Shown: positions 13,372 through 25,030 of the stretch, one piece after another | Numbering within the stretch: position 1 is the stretch's first letter | Layout of the letters: every line of letters begins with the position of its first letter | From: Diadema antillarum | Taxonomy: Eukaryota | Length of the DNA stretch: 64,000 nt | Assembly: GCF_040938485.1 (NCBI RefSeq) | Contig: NW_027270913.1 | Location: 2,046,001 to 2,110,000, forward strand | Reading direction: 5' to 3' | Program-made: the position numbers and the translations under genes | Notes under the pieces: model-generated | Told to the model about the DNA's origin: nothing | What the model saw: only the letters and a program-made list of their open reading frames with translations | The model's database searches: none

Positions 13372-14718
13372 CTAGAGTTCCTGCGTTGTCTCAATAGATT
13401 GTGTATCGTTCGGAATGCTGAAGTTGTTGTTAGATTGCTTATCATCTTCTTGATTCCGAAGCCGTCTTTTCTCCGTCCACCATTGCCCTGCTGTCAAGCC
13501 AACGAGACTGCCGACGATTATGAATGCTCCAGATATAGTAAAACCATTCGGGACCGTACCGAATATGAGAAAGTCGAGTATGAAGGTGAAGAAGACATCG
13601 GTTGTCCTGATCAAGGAAACGGTAGTAGCCGTCTCATACCTCATGGAGATGACGAAGGTAACTTGGGATGCGAAGGAGAATAGGGAATTGCAGATTAGAA
13701 AGATTCGGCTCCTCCCACAAGGCGGAATTACCCAGTCTCCCAGCCCTGTGGTCATGGATCCACTGACCGTTATCCCTACGATGCAGAGGGTGACCAACTG
13801 GACCAGTGGGTGAACTCGGTAAGCCGCTATCTTCCGAAGAGAAATGTAGATCGTCCCTATGAGGACAGCGCTGATGAGACAGAAGGTCGGTCCGAGAAAG
13901 GAGGACGATGACTCTTCGCCGCCGAAGAGGAATGGTGGTTGGATGACTAGGAACACTCCGCCAATCGTCGTCAGGGAGAAGATCACGTCAAAGACGGTGC
14001 ACGCGTCGCTGAGGAGGACACAGCTGAACAACCCCGTGAAGATTGGCGCACTGTAGAGAATGGCCTTGGCGCTGGCTACTGGCATAACCTGATACGCGAA
14101 GAACACCAGGCAAGTCACCGTGGATCCTATGACAGACCTTAAAACAATTAGAACCCACGCCTCCTTTGGGTACTGGAATGATGCTTTCTGCAAAGTAAGT
14201 AGCGGTATGGAGAACAACAACTGCATGTACATTTGATTGAACACTATCTGATTCGAGCTGACTGACTCTCCTACAAGAACAACCAACATACTACAGATCG
14301 ACAACATCATTGTTGAAAACAGAGCGTAAATCTTGCCTTTCAGCCGACTCGGACAGCAAAAAGTCCCTAGATATTTGGTCCTATTGTTTGATGTCAGAGA
14401 ACTGCTCTCTGACGGAGCTGTCTCTTCTTTCAAATTCAAAAATTCTCTGTCCTTGCAGCTCTCTTCTGGGTGGGTCGTCATAATATTAGTCACTGGGTCA
14501 TTATGGTCGTCGCTGGTGGTGTCATAACCCTTGTTGACGAAAGCATTACTATTATAGCTACTGCCTTCATCAATGCCTTTCATTGTGTATGAATCGAAAA
14601 GGCGTGTATTGCCGGAGTCCTCAAGTGTTTGCGAAGATGTCGATCGTGAAGATTTGGAATCTGTTCCGCAATCTCGACTACTTTCTTGATAAAATCTGCT
14701 TTCCGGGACTGGATCCAT
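13372..14718 (-). CDS. SLC35G1: SLC35G1-like EamA/DMT transporter, clade A copy 1 (448 aa from first ATG)
   Basis: About 10 hydrophobic segments in two EamA repeats, with motifs LRSVIGS, YSAPIFT, QPPFLFG, WVIPPCG and DVFFTFILD..FGTVP. The ORF track start at 14820 is a GTG; the first ATG is at 14718, preceded by a T-rich acceptor (AG at 14747-14748). Confidence 0.92.
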   Translation of the reverse strand: MDPVPESRFYQESSRDCGTDSKSSRSTSSQTLEDSGNTRLFDSYTMKGIDEGSSYNSNAFVNKGYDTTSDDHNDPVTNIMTTHPEESCKDREFLNLKEETAPSESSSLTSNNRTKYLGTFCCPSRLKGKIYALFSTMMLSICSMLVVLVGESVSSNQIVFNQMYMQLLFSIPLLTLQKASFQYPKEAWVLIVLRSVIGSTVTCLVFFAYQVMPVASAKAILYSAPIFTGLFSCVLLSDACTVFDVIFSLTTIGGVFLVIQPPFLFGGEESSSSFLGPTFCLISAVLIGTIYISLRKIAAYRVHPLVQLVTLCIVGITVSGSMTTGLGDWVIPPCGRSRIFLICNSLFSFASQVTFVISMRYETATTVSLIRTTDVFFTFILDFLIFGTVPNGFTISGAFIIVGSLVGLTAGQWWTEKRRLRNQEDDKQSNNNFSIPNDTQSIETTQEL

Positions 14719-14928
14719 GATTTCGGAATCTGCATAAGCTGTCCAGCTATGGATGACAGAGCAAACATAAGCAAAGTAATAAAATAAAACATAAATTCTA
14801 CCTAAGGGAGTATGAGTCACATAATGAATATAAAGGAAAGTGTAGGTGATTGCGATTAGTAGATGGTATTGGTTCTCACTTTCATACTGAAAGTTGATTT
14901 ACCGTCACTGAAGGATGTACTATGTTCT

Positions 14929-14930
<2 letters not shown>

Positions 14931-14970
<40 letters not shown>

Positions 14971-14971
14971 A
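14931..14971. repeat. (CA)n microsatellite
   Basis: CA run upstream of A1, absent at the A2 equivalent. Confidence 0.95.
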
Positions 14972-17900
14972 AATACAAAACCCATGTTCTAATTGGATTT
15001 CAGACTATGCCTTCCCCGACATGGTGAAATTGCGGCGCTTAAGAGAATGTATGTACCTTAGCAAATTTTCTGTCATTCACCTTGATGTGTGAGGATATTC
15101 TCAACAGGACACTAAGCAACAAGGGCTGTATCAACGGTGTTTCCGTAACAACGGAGGTTACCGTTTGTAATTGTGTGTCTTATGTCCTATTGGAGAAAGA
15201 GTTCGTTTCAACGAAAGTGCAGTACAAAACGATAAAACGTTAACATTCAAACACAAGATATTTTTTTTTCTTTCCATTTTAGGCAATTGTCTAAACAGAA
15301 ATAGCGTTTAATCGGCTATCAACCCAGTAGGTTATTACAGTCATTATCATTATTGTTACGCATGAGTGAACACAGCTGTTTTTGTCTTCCAAAGCAGAAA
15401 AACAAAAATTGCAGAAATTAACATTTTTTTTTATTCATTTGCAAATGCCCTTCACGATAGCATTGATAAGAAAGACTTGTTTAACATAATTAGAGACATG
15501 AGCGAAAAGTAAAAATGAGTTTTTGTTCCCTTGTATATCCTGATATTCTCATACAAAAACAAAGTAGGAAACTAAAGGGGAAAATGAGAGGTTTTCTTTT
15601 TGTAAACTGACACTCAATTGAGATATAGGGAGTAAGCCGCAAAGGTGATAAAATGGAAAGAATTTCTGTATTTCATTTCTTTTAATTTCATAGGAATGTT
15701 AGAATTCATGAGAACCAAATACAATATTCAAGTTTCTTAACTTGAAATAATATTCCAAGTTTCTACAATCTGTTTTTTTGATATTGCTTCTTCTTTGATG
15801 TCTTTTGATATTTGTTTATTGCCTTTATTTATCTTTGGGGGCTACAGAGACATTATAGAGATCAGAGGGTGATTTTTTTGCAAATTGATTTATGTTTCTT
15901 ATTGTGTTAAATTTGTCTTTTGTTCAGAAAATATGTACGAATGAGAAATTGTCCATTTTTGCAATTTTTACTTTTGTGCCTTGGACCAGAAAAACGCTGG
16001 TGTGCACTCATCCATAAATTTTCCATTTTAATGATCTACCAGGTTAATAGCCAATAAAATTACCTTTAAAATGATGTATAAAACATTAATATCTAGCCAG
16101 ATTTCTATGAGAAACATGAGCTTGAAAAAGTGTTTGTTTTCTTTCTTTTGCTGAGTGTACGTACGTATATTCAAAACACGATGACGTTTTGCAGCAAGGA
16201 ATAATCAAGATCTCCTAGCCTCATTGTGTAAAATGTTATTCTGTCCCACAAGACATTGAATGACTTCAAACCTATCCCAATTGCGTTTCGAACCCTATTC
16301 ATGTTTCCTCAAGTCATTTCAAATTTTATGGTATCGAAATGACGACCGACATCACATAACCGCAGCTGTAACACAGAGAGAAAGCGAGGGGGGAGGGGGA
16401 GTGTTCGACTAACAACACATGACAACTGTTATAATACCATGTGTTAATGAAGAATTTAGACAGCTGCTTGGTCAGTGGTGAACTTATCCAAACCGTCACG
16501 ACCAGACAGACAGATGCATATTACCAAAACAAACAACTGACAGCTGACTGGAATTTGTAAAAGAATACTTTTGGCTTGTGTTTAAGTTGACTTAGAAGTA
16601 TAAGACAACAACCTACAAAAGGATGGCGAAAGTTTCATAACGATGAGACGTAAGATAAAGATAAAGATCTTATAGTTTTTTTCACAATTTCACCAAACTC
16701 TGATTCGATCTACTACCACTCTGCAGCTTACAGGATGTAAAAATTTCATATCACAAATTACTTTTCTTGTCCTATGTCCGATTTTCATTAATCCTCTTTT
16801 CGTACGTTCGATTTGATTTTACTTCCTCACCGCAACTGAACTTTCTAGAGCAATATTGTACTTTCCCACCAACTAATTGTACTGCATACATGTGCCATAA
16901 AAACTTACCTACAATATCAACGGCGCTGGCAACAAGTTGTCACATCAATGTACGTTTGAATGCGTCTCAATTGATGTTTGATAATCGACGTCTAATAGGC
17001 TTATCTCGAACACACGAGGACTCTTCGCCATACAGCGAATCGTTCACAAAGGTTGACAAATACGAAAACGTAACGTCAGGCCCCTTTTGTATAATTTCAG
17101 ACGTAAGATTGTGAGTAGTCAACCATGATCCCCATCAAGTATTCAAAAGCATTACTCATCGAAACATCAGCTCTTATCAAGCTTCTGTTTCATCTAATAT
17201 CTGCATTAATAATTGATCCAATGCGTTCGTTACTGTTTAACCCATCCGGTCGGTACTACAGAACTTTGAAAGTCACAAATATCTCAAATTGACATGAAAG
17301 GTCTTGTTTAACGATCAAACTGTTCATACATTCATTCATTGATAATGATACAAATACTGTAACTCGTTATTTAGGTATATATTAAGGATGATTTCTTTTT
17401 CTCAAACAATTTGTGTTAGTAAATTGATTAAGTACTCGTATTCGAGATTTTGATAAGAGACACCATTCAAGAAAAATCTGGAAACAAAATAGTGAAATAC
17501 TTTTTGTTTACCACGTTTTAATACTGTGACGACACAAGCTGCTGTTTTCCCATCTAAAAAGACTATAGCTAACCAATATAATCATTCAATTCAATTCAAT
17601 TCAGTTATTTTCATTTATATTTTTCCACAAAATATAACCCAGATGATGATGCGATTTTTCTTTAATGTGGATAAATTGTATGATAGCTCAATACGTTCCA
17701 TTCAATTTGGAGGTATTTATGTGTCATTGCAATGTATTTACCCTTTGGGATACGATTTTGAAAGTTTTCACCAAGTAAACCATTCTAATAATAATAATAA
17801 TAATACCATCACACACACACACATACGCACGCACACAAAACAACAACAGATCAAAAAAATGTTTAAAACGTGTGTCTTCATTATTCACTATGCATTGTGC

Positions 17901-18213
17901 CTATAATACATTATGGTATGCACAAACGGAGATAGAACACGACACTGATCGAGATTACCAATTCTCGTTGCCAAGTTGTCCGGTCTGCGGATCTACGCAG
18001 TTAAGTAAACATAAAACGAAGTGATGCTGCATGTTCCAAAACCTTTACCTATAGAATTTTTAACTCAGATGTAGTCAACTGCTTACAACGGACATAAGGT
18101 TAGAAAATATTGTTGAGACAATTGTATATTGTATTCTCTCAGCTTGAGAACCCTGACGCCTATAGAATCGGCCTTTTGCAGTCTCTGTTATACGGAAATG
18201 ATAAGCCTCAGAT

Positions 18214-20644
18214 CAACGGCGTAGCCAGGATTTCATCTTAGGGGGGGCGGTTAGTCTGCGAGGGAGCGAAGCGACCGAGCCCGAGCGAGCGGAGCGAGCG
18301 AGGGGGGGGGGAGATTGTGGGAGGGGTGTGTCCCCCCTCCCACGGTAGGAACTTTTTGCATTTTGATGTTGTAAATGGTGCAATTTGATGCATGTTTTTG
18401 CGCATTTTATCGACGTGAAACAGTCCCACTTGTTTAAGGTAGCAGTTTATTTTGATGTAGATTATTATTGAACAATTTGCCTATAAAATGGTATAATTTA
18501 GATAAACATCTTGTATTAATTCTTTTCACTAAATATCATGAACGCGACTGAACCCGAGCAAACGGAGCGAGCGAGGGAGGAGGGGAGGGTGTGGGAGGGG
18601 GTGTCCCCCCTCCCACGGTAGGAACTTTTTGCATTTTGATGTTGTAAATGGTGCAAATTGATGCATGTTTTTGCGCGTTTTATCGACGTGAAACAGTCCC
18701 ACTTGTTAAAGGTAGCAGTTTATTTTGATGTAGATTATTATTGAACAATTGCCTATAAAATGGTATAATTTAGATAAACATCTTGTATTAATTCTTTTCA
18801 CTAAATATCATGAACGCGATTGAACCCGAGCGAGCGGAGCGAGCGAGGGGGGAGGGGAGGGTGTGGGAGTGGGGTGTCCCCCCTCCCACTGTAGGAACTT
18901 TTTGCATTTTGATGTTGCAAATGGTGCAATTTGATGCATGTTTTTGCGCGTTTTATCGACGTGAAACAGTCCCACTTGTTTAAGGTAGCAGTTTATTTTG
19001 ATGTAGATTATTATTGAACAATTTGCCTATAAAATGGTATAATTTAGATAAACATCTTGTATTAATCCTTTTCACTGCATATCATGAACGCGATTGAACC
19101 CGAGCAAGCGGAGCGAGCGAGGGGGGGGGGGGGGGAGGGGAGGGTGTGGAAGGGGGGTGTCCCCCCTCCCACTGTAAGAACTTTTTGCATTTTGATTTTG
19201 CAAATGGTTCAATTTGATGCATGTTTTTGCGCGTTTTATTGACGTGAAACAGTCCCACTTGTTTAAGGTAGCAGTTTATTTTGATGTAGATTATTATTGA
19301 ACAATTTGCCTATAAAATAGTATAATTTAGATAAACATCTTGTATTAATTCTTTTCACTAAATATCATGAACGCGATTGAACCCGAGCGAGCGGAGCGAG
19401 CGAGGGGGGAGGGGAGGGTGTGGGAGGGGGGTGTCCCCCCTCCCACGGTAAGAACTTTTTGCATTTTGATGTTGCAAATGGTGCAATTTGATGCATGTTT
19501 TTGCGCGTTTTATCGACGTGAAACAGTCCCACTTGTTTAAGGTAGCAGTATATTTTAGTGTAGATTATTATTGAACAATTTGCCTATAAAATGGTATAAT
19601 TTAGATAAACATCTTGTATTAATTCTTTTCACTGAATATCATGAACGCGATTGAACCCGAGCGAGCTTAGCTAGCGAGGGGAGAGGGGAGGGTGTGCCCC
19701 CCTCCCACGGTAAGAACTTTTTGCATTTTGATTTTGCAAATGGTGCAATTTGATGCATGTTTTTGCGCGTTTTATCGACGTGAAACATTCCTACTTGTTT
19801 AAGGTAGCAGTATATTTTAGTGTAGATTATTATTGAACAATTTGCCTTTAAAATGGCATAATTTAAATACATTTCTAGTATTAATTCTTTTCACTGAATA
19901 TTATGAACGCGACTGAACCCGAGCGAGCGGAGCGAGCGAAGGGGAGGGGAGGGTGTGGGAGGGGGGCGTCCCCCCTCCTATGGTAAGAAATTTTTGCATT
20001 TTGATGTTTTAAATGGTGCAATTTGATGCATGTTTTTGCGTGTTTCAACGAGGTGAGGGGGGAGGGGCGGGCGAGCAGGGAGAGGGCGTGGGCGAGTGTT
20101 ATCTCCACCCTTCCCTTCCGATGGAGCTTTTGCCTTTTTAAGGTTGAAATTGAGATATCTCGTATACGCATGAATCAACATTTGGGAAATCACAAAAAAA
20201 CTGATGGGGGGGGGGGGGACTGAGGGAGGAAAGGGTCGATTTAAAGGGGAAATTCCCCTTATACATGAGGGAACCTTGAGTTTTCGGAATATAAGTGATA
20301 AGTCTTGTGCACTCAGAATTATTCATGATTTTTTGTAAATCTAAAAAGTGTACTTAGTATAGGGAAAGAGGCACAGAGGGGGAGGGTTTGGGAGGGGATA
20401 CCCCCTTACAAGCACGAGAGATTTTGCATATTTTGAATTGAAATTCAACGATCTGGTGCACACTTTTAGTGAAATATTCAAAAAAAATATCTTATTTCAT
20501 GAAAGGTTGCAAAGGAGACCCGCTTCATGTGCATGCATACAGTATACACGCATTTTTTTTCCGCCTCCCAAATCCCCGGTCCAAATCTTAGGGGGGGCGA
20601 CCGCCCCCATCGCCCCCCCCCCCCCCCCCCTGGCTACGCCAGTG
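18214..20644. mobile_element. hAT-like non-autonomous element (2431 bp) with 8-bp TSD and internal satellite
   Basis: TIR CAACGGCGTAGCCAGG / CACTGGCGTAGCCAGG. TSD CCTCAGAT at 18206-18213 and 20645-20652. The empty site AAGCCTCAGATACAGAT is seen at about 35330. Confidence 0.92.
18270..20045. repeat. About 6.5 tandem copies of a roughly 273-bp unit inside the hAT-like element
   Basis: CCGAGC unit marker at 18281, 18554, 18826, 19100, 19383, 19657 and 19919. Confidence 0.95.
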
Positions 20645-21786
20645 CCTCAGATACAGATAACTGTAAAGGCGAGAAAACTCTGCCATCCTGCTGTTGCGTA
20701 TTATTAATAAAAGCATCTTTGACAAGAATTCTTTCGAATCAGTTGAAACTTGTGTACATCGGTAAATATCTTTTGAAGATAAAATAATCCTCATATCTCA
20801 ATATCTTTCTGACACCTAAATAAGGTTAAACCACAGGTTCCGACTTACTCTCCTAAGGCCATTACATGGCATGACATGACATTGCATTACATTACGTTTT
20901 CCACATCATAATGACGTACATAATGATTACGTACATACGTTACGTACATCATTACAGCTCAACACACACCTCATTTTCTGTACGCCCTCTATCTGCTCAT
21001 TCAGAGATGTCAGATTTATAATATACGTTTTATTTCATGTTATGTTGTAACATCACCTGGGGCCATTTTCCCAGTTAATCTCTGCTTATTAAGATGGTTC
21101 TTGCATGTCTAAACATCTTCTCGAAATCTTTTGATACTCGAAGTGTATGCTCTGTTATTGTACCTTCAGTATGACATTGCTATATTGCTTTACTTTATAC
21201 GGTTTTCTTATAATTATGTTACATACATATATTGACGGACATGATTCTTGTGATCATGCCGACACTTTGTTAAATTGTTTTTTTTTTTGTATTGTAAATG
21301 AAATGCAGAAATAAAGATGAATTAAAGTGGACGGAAATTTTGCATGAGGTTTCGTAAAAAGCAGTATCAAAACAATTGATTAAATCCGTTCGAAATTGAA
21401 CGGATTTTTTGTTTTGTTTTTGTTTGTTTGTTCGTTTGTTTAAATACATATCATAAAATGACGTGACTATAAAAGTCCGTCAGACGGTTCAACTGCCTTA
21501 CTGATTTTAACAAATAAAATCGAAAATTTAGTATGTTAGTTAGTTTTTGATTGTACAATTTAGTTGTATAATGTGATTTGTCATATGATTATGTAAAATG
21601 AATTATCTGTTTCTTAAGCATTATCACTAGAGATGTATCACGTTGTAGTATCATTATGCTTATGATGAGCACCCTATGAAGGAAAGGGGGCTGTTTTGAC
21701 CCATCTCGAGCTTGCACTGTGTGAATATATTGTAAAAATAGGTTTTTGGTAAACTTAAGAACTGTTCATTGTTATAGGTTTATTAA

Positions 21787-21981
21787 AGGTTCTCTGACAT
21801 ACAAATGCATGTTGATTTGTGCTGATTTATGGTACCCTCAACACCACTTTTGCGGTGAAAAGAATACATAGAAACATTCCATCAATACTTTAACTAATTT
21901 TCTTCTATTTTCCTTCAGATTACTTGGATACAAGTCCTTCCAAACCAATATTCCTTTGTACTTTAGTATGTCAGAGAACCT
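21787..21981. mobile_element. Kolobok-like MITE (195 bp), TTAA/TTAG junctions
   Basis: TIR AGGTTCTCTGACATAC / GTATGTCAGAGAACCT. Absent from the other X copies; the X2 empty site reads GGTATTAGCCATGG at about 41073. Confidence 0.85.
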
Positions 21982-23010
21982 TTAGCCATGGATGCCATGG
22001 ATACCATGGAAGAACATACCTATCATGTAAATAGATCTGAAATTGGCCATGAGCCATTACAAATTCTATAACTCATTACATGTCAAAGTTCAGTAATGTT
22101 TGATGATTTACCTTCGATTTACGATCTGAAGTATATCATATTCAAAACTGTACATTCTTCGTATATGATTTCACTGTAATTGTGTTGTTTTGTTTGGCCA
22201 ACTAAATGCTACCTCTAATCATAAAAATCACATCTGCGGAACAAGATCGAGTAGAACGTTTATCTAAATATCTATTTTCTTTATACTGAATCATATTGTC
22301 AATCATTCGCGAGTCTTCCCCCCCCCCAGCTTACTCAGTATCTTCAGTCACTCTGCACGATAACAATCGTCAGATTGTAGCTCTGTACAGGAGGGAAAGA
22401 GGAATCCATTTGGAGGTAAGATGTCTTGAATCATTGGAATTAACATAAATGATATGACATGAAAGGAAATATCATTATATAAAGTGGTACACAAAATAGT
22501 AATATATCAAATATTCATTATAAAACTGTACATCGAACTGGAAAAAAAAAAACACCAGACAAACACATTCTTTCTCATGCATAGGAAATATGTACAAGAT
22601 AAAGGATGCAAGATAGTTACTAAAGACAGTGCTGTATCTGTTAATATTTCGAAATATCAGCGAAGTGAAGGAATTGCCGAGTTTCACAAATATCTCCAGA
22701 ACATGTTAAAATTGCCCTTGTAAAGAAAACCATTACGAGGGCGAAGATGAATTTCAAACAGTTTCCATTGCGGTATTTTACTTCTTCGCAAACACATTAG
22801 GCTGTCTCTGGCAACTCTAGAACCTGTCGTGGCTCTGATCATTGCTGTAATTAGTGGAAAGGACATGGGTCAATGTCAGAACAGCATCATTAATAAATAC
22901 TACCAGATTCCTTTTATGTTCCTTCACCTATATTTGCTCGTGAATGTGAAGCTTCATGACCTCGGCGAAACACATGATTGAACATTTTCTTCGTATAATT
23001 ACCCCCCTCA

Positions 23011-23044
23011 AAACAAACAAACAAACAAACAAACAAACAAACAA
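23011..23044. repeat. (AAAC)n microsatellite
   Basis: About 8 AAAC units. Confidence 0.95.
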
Positions 23045-23069
23045 AGAAGGAGAAGCAGCAAGTAAAGAT

Positions 23070-23327
23070 TTAAGATACAACACGCAAGCAGCCTTTAAAA
23101 TTACCATTCGAACACGAAGGTGATGCAGTACTGGATGGAATTTCTTTTTTGACGGAAGCCGTCATATGATCTCTTCTCCTATGTAACCCCTCAACGGAAT
23201 TAGCAGACGATACTGATGAAGTCACCTTGTCATTGACGTTTGTTTCTCTGTCCTCATCAAAAAGGATCTCGTAGCCAAAATTGTCCATTCCAAGGCTTTC
23301 ATCTCGATCAGACGTTTGGGTAGGTTT
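23070..23327 (-). pseudogene. Relic of a B-slot gene truncated at the A-unit duplication junction
   Basis: Open frame KPTQTSDRDESLGMDNFGYEILFDEDRE...KGCLRVVS*, starting at the junction. The adjacent GTAAAGATTTAAGAT segment matches the 3' flank of B1 and psi-B2. Confidence 0.45.
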
Positions 23328-25030
23328 TTAATGCCAATTAGCGGAAGGTTATGGAGCCATTACTTTATCATCGCGAATTGTATCAGTCAAGTTTGTTTTC
23401 TTTCACGCTTGGCAGTTCGCTTATAAGTTTCTACTCACTCATCCACAATTTCCATGTACTCAAACAATACGTACATTGCATGGATATGTCAGCAAGTGTA
23501 GGTCTATACATGCCCTCTCGATAGAGTGTTTGAATATCATTTTTTTTTTTTTGTACACGCAGAATCATTTAGAACACATGTATACGGTCAAATTTGAAAG
23601 CAAGATTTCTCATTGGGCCGTGATATTCAAATTTTCTTTAATTTCATCTGTTTTTCTGATTGTTTCTGACTATAAGAATGACAAAATCGAGTCAAATTCC
23701 TCTTGTTTGAGAAACTAAAATAAGAAAATCAATGTCGATGCTAATCAGGATGCTTAAAGGACCTTTGTTGTCCAAAATGCACTGTTGACCTGTGTAGATT
23801 CAGGGTACCCTCAACATCACTTAATTGGCGAAACGAATATCTTTTTGTTGTCGTTGTTCTCCTTTTTTGTCAGATTACTTATACACGCCCTCCAAAACAA
23901 AAACAAAAACGAACCTTCCAAACCTTCTGCTTTTGACCTCATCTGTCAATCATTGCTAAGGTACAGGTAAAATTAACAAAAGACATTGGAATGCACCTTC
24001 CCCGAGACCGAACATAACTTGCATGTTCCCCTGCAATGTCTTTTGTTAAGCATATTAATACTTTAGCAATGATTCACAGATGAGATCACGAAACAGAATA
24101 CAGATTTTTGAAGGGTTTGTTTGAGGGCGTATATCCAAGTAATCTAAACAAAAACAGTAGAAAAATATTATAAAATAATATAATTATGTAACGTATACGT
24201 AGAAAAATTCGTTTCGCAACATAAGTGATGTTGAAGATATCAAGAATCAACACAAATCACAACATGCACTTACATTACATAGGCCCGTTAATTTCTATTT
24301 ATTCAACATGAGCATATTACATTCCTAATTCAGTACACCATTAAACTACAGTTATCCTGTTTTGATGACTTCTTTTAGGCAGAGACTATACAGTGAGGGC
24401 TGCAAGATCGTGGCGACTTTAATATGGCGCGAAAACCGTACACTTACGAACAACTGGGAGCAGGAAAAGCAGCAAACTGACGTGTCACTTGTAATTAGTG
24501 CACCAGTTGGAATGACATCATATCTTTCTCTACAAATAGGAATTAATACCAGACCTCTTAGATCGCCCTGGCCACGTCTGCATACAGGATATGATAACTC
24601 AATACGTTCAGAATTATTGCATGCCTATAAAGCATCTTCTCCCGCATAGATTTTTAAGGATCCGTAGTCGAAGAAAGGTAAGATTACGCCCATTGTCGTG
24701 ATTGTATTGCGTGAACATTGACCATGTCGTTACATGCTTCTCAGTAATGTGATACGATGTCTGTAAACAAAACTTGCATTGTTTTCCAAATCTTTGTTGA
24801 AAATATTTTCGAAATGAAACAAATAATATGCAACATAAGTCAAGGCCAGCACATGGGACTGCCCTATTATAAATCGTAGACCTAAATTCAGTCATTTCAT
24901 AAGAAGTAATTAGAACTGTTTCACGTTGATGTTGTAAAGGCATTATCGCAATGTGCTGTGATTTTTACACATGGTTGTAAGAACATCTCTTTCTTCAGAT
25001 AAGGAAGGAGTATGGGTTATGAATTTGAAC

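Larger units (their letters stand above)
11652..17530. repeat. Segmental duplication, A-unit copy 1 (partner 23322-31655)
   Basis: Colinear similarity of roughly 85-90% by eye across the CDS and both flanks; CDS offset 11659 bp. Confidence 0.92.
17620..23060. repeat. Shared non-coding block X, copy 1
   Basis: The same ordered landmarks (e.g. CTCAGATGTAGTCAAC, GATAAGCCTCAGAT, GGCCATTACATGGCATGACATG, AGATCTGAAATT, GACCTCGGCGAAACA) recur at about 31860-42460, 50645-54560 and 60890-64000. Confidence 0.9.

Noticed and set aside
13360-14056. Plus-strand ORFs antisense to A1 (and equivalents over A2, B1, C1, C2, e.g. 42782-43315, 177 aa)
   Set aside because: Shadow frames of GC-richer TM-coding sequence; their conservation between copies simply follows that of the sense gene.
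14719-14820. 34-aa N-terminal extension of A1 (and 8 aa of A2) given by the ORF track
   Set aside because: These start at GTG/TTG and run through a T-rich splice-acceptor region; the first ATG is downstream. An extension via an upstream coding exon cannot be fully excluded.
18270-20045. 273-bp repeats as CRISPR or a coding repeat
   Set aside because: Whole units are near-identical with no unique spacers, and they are bounded by TIR and an 8-bp TSD.
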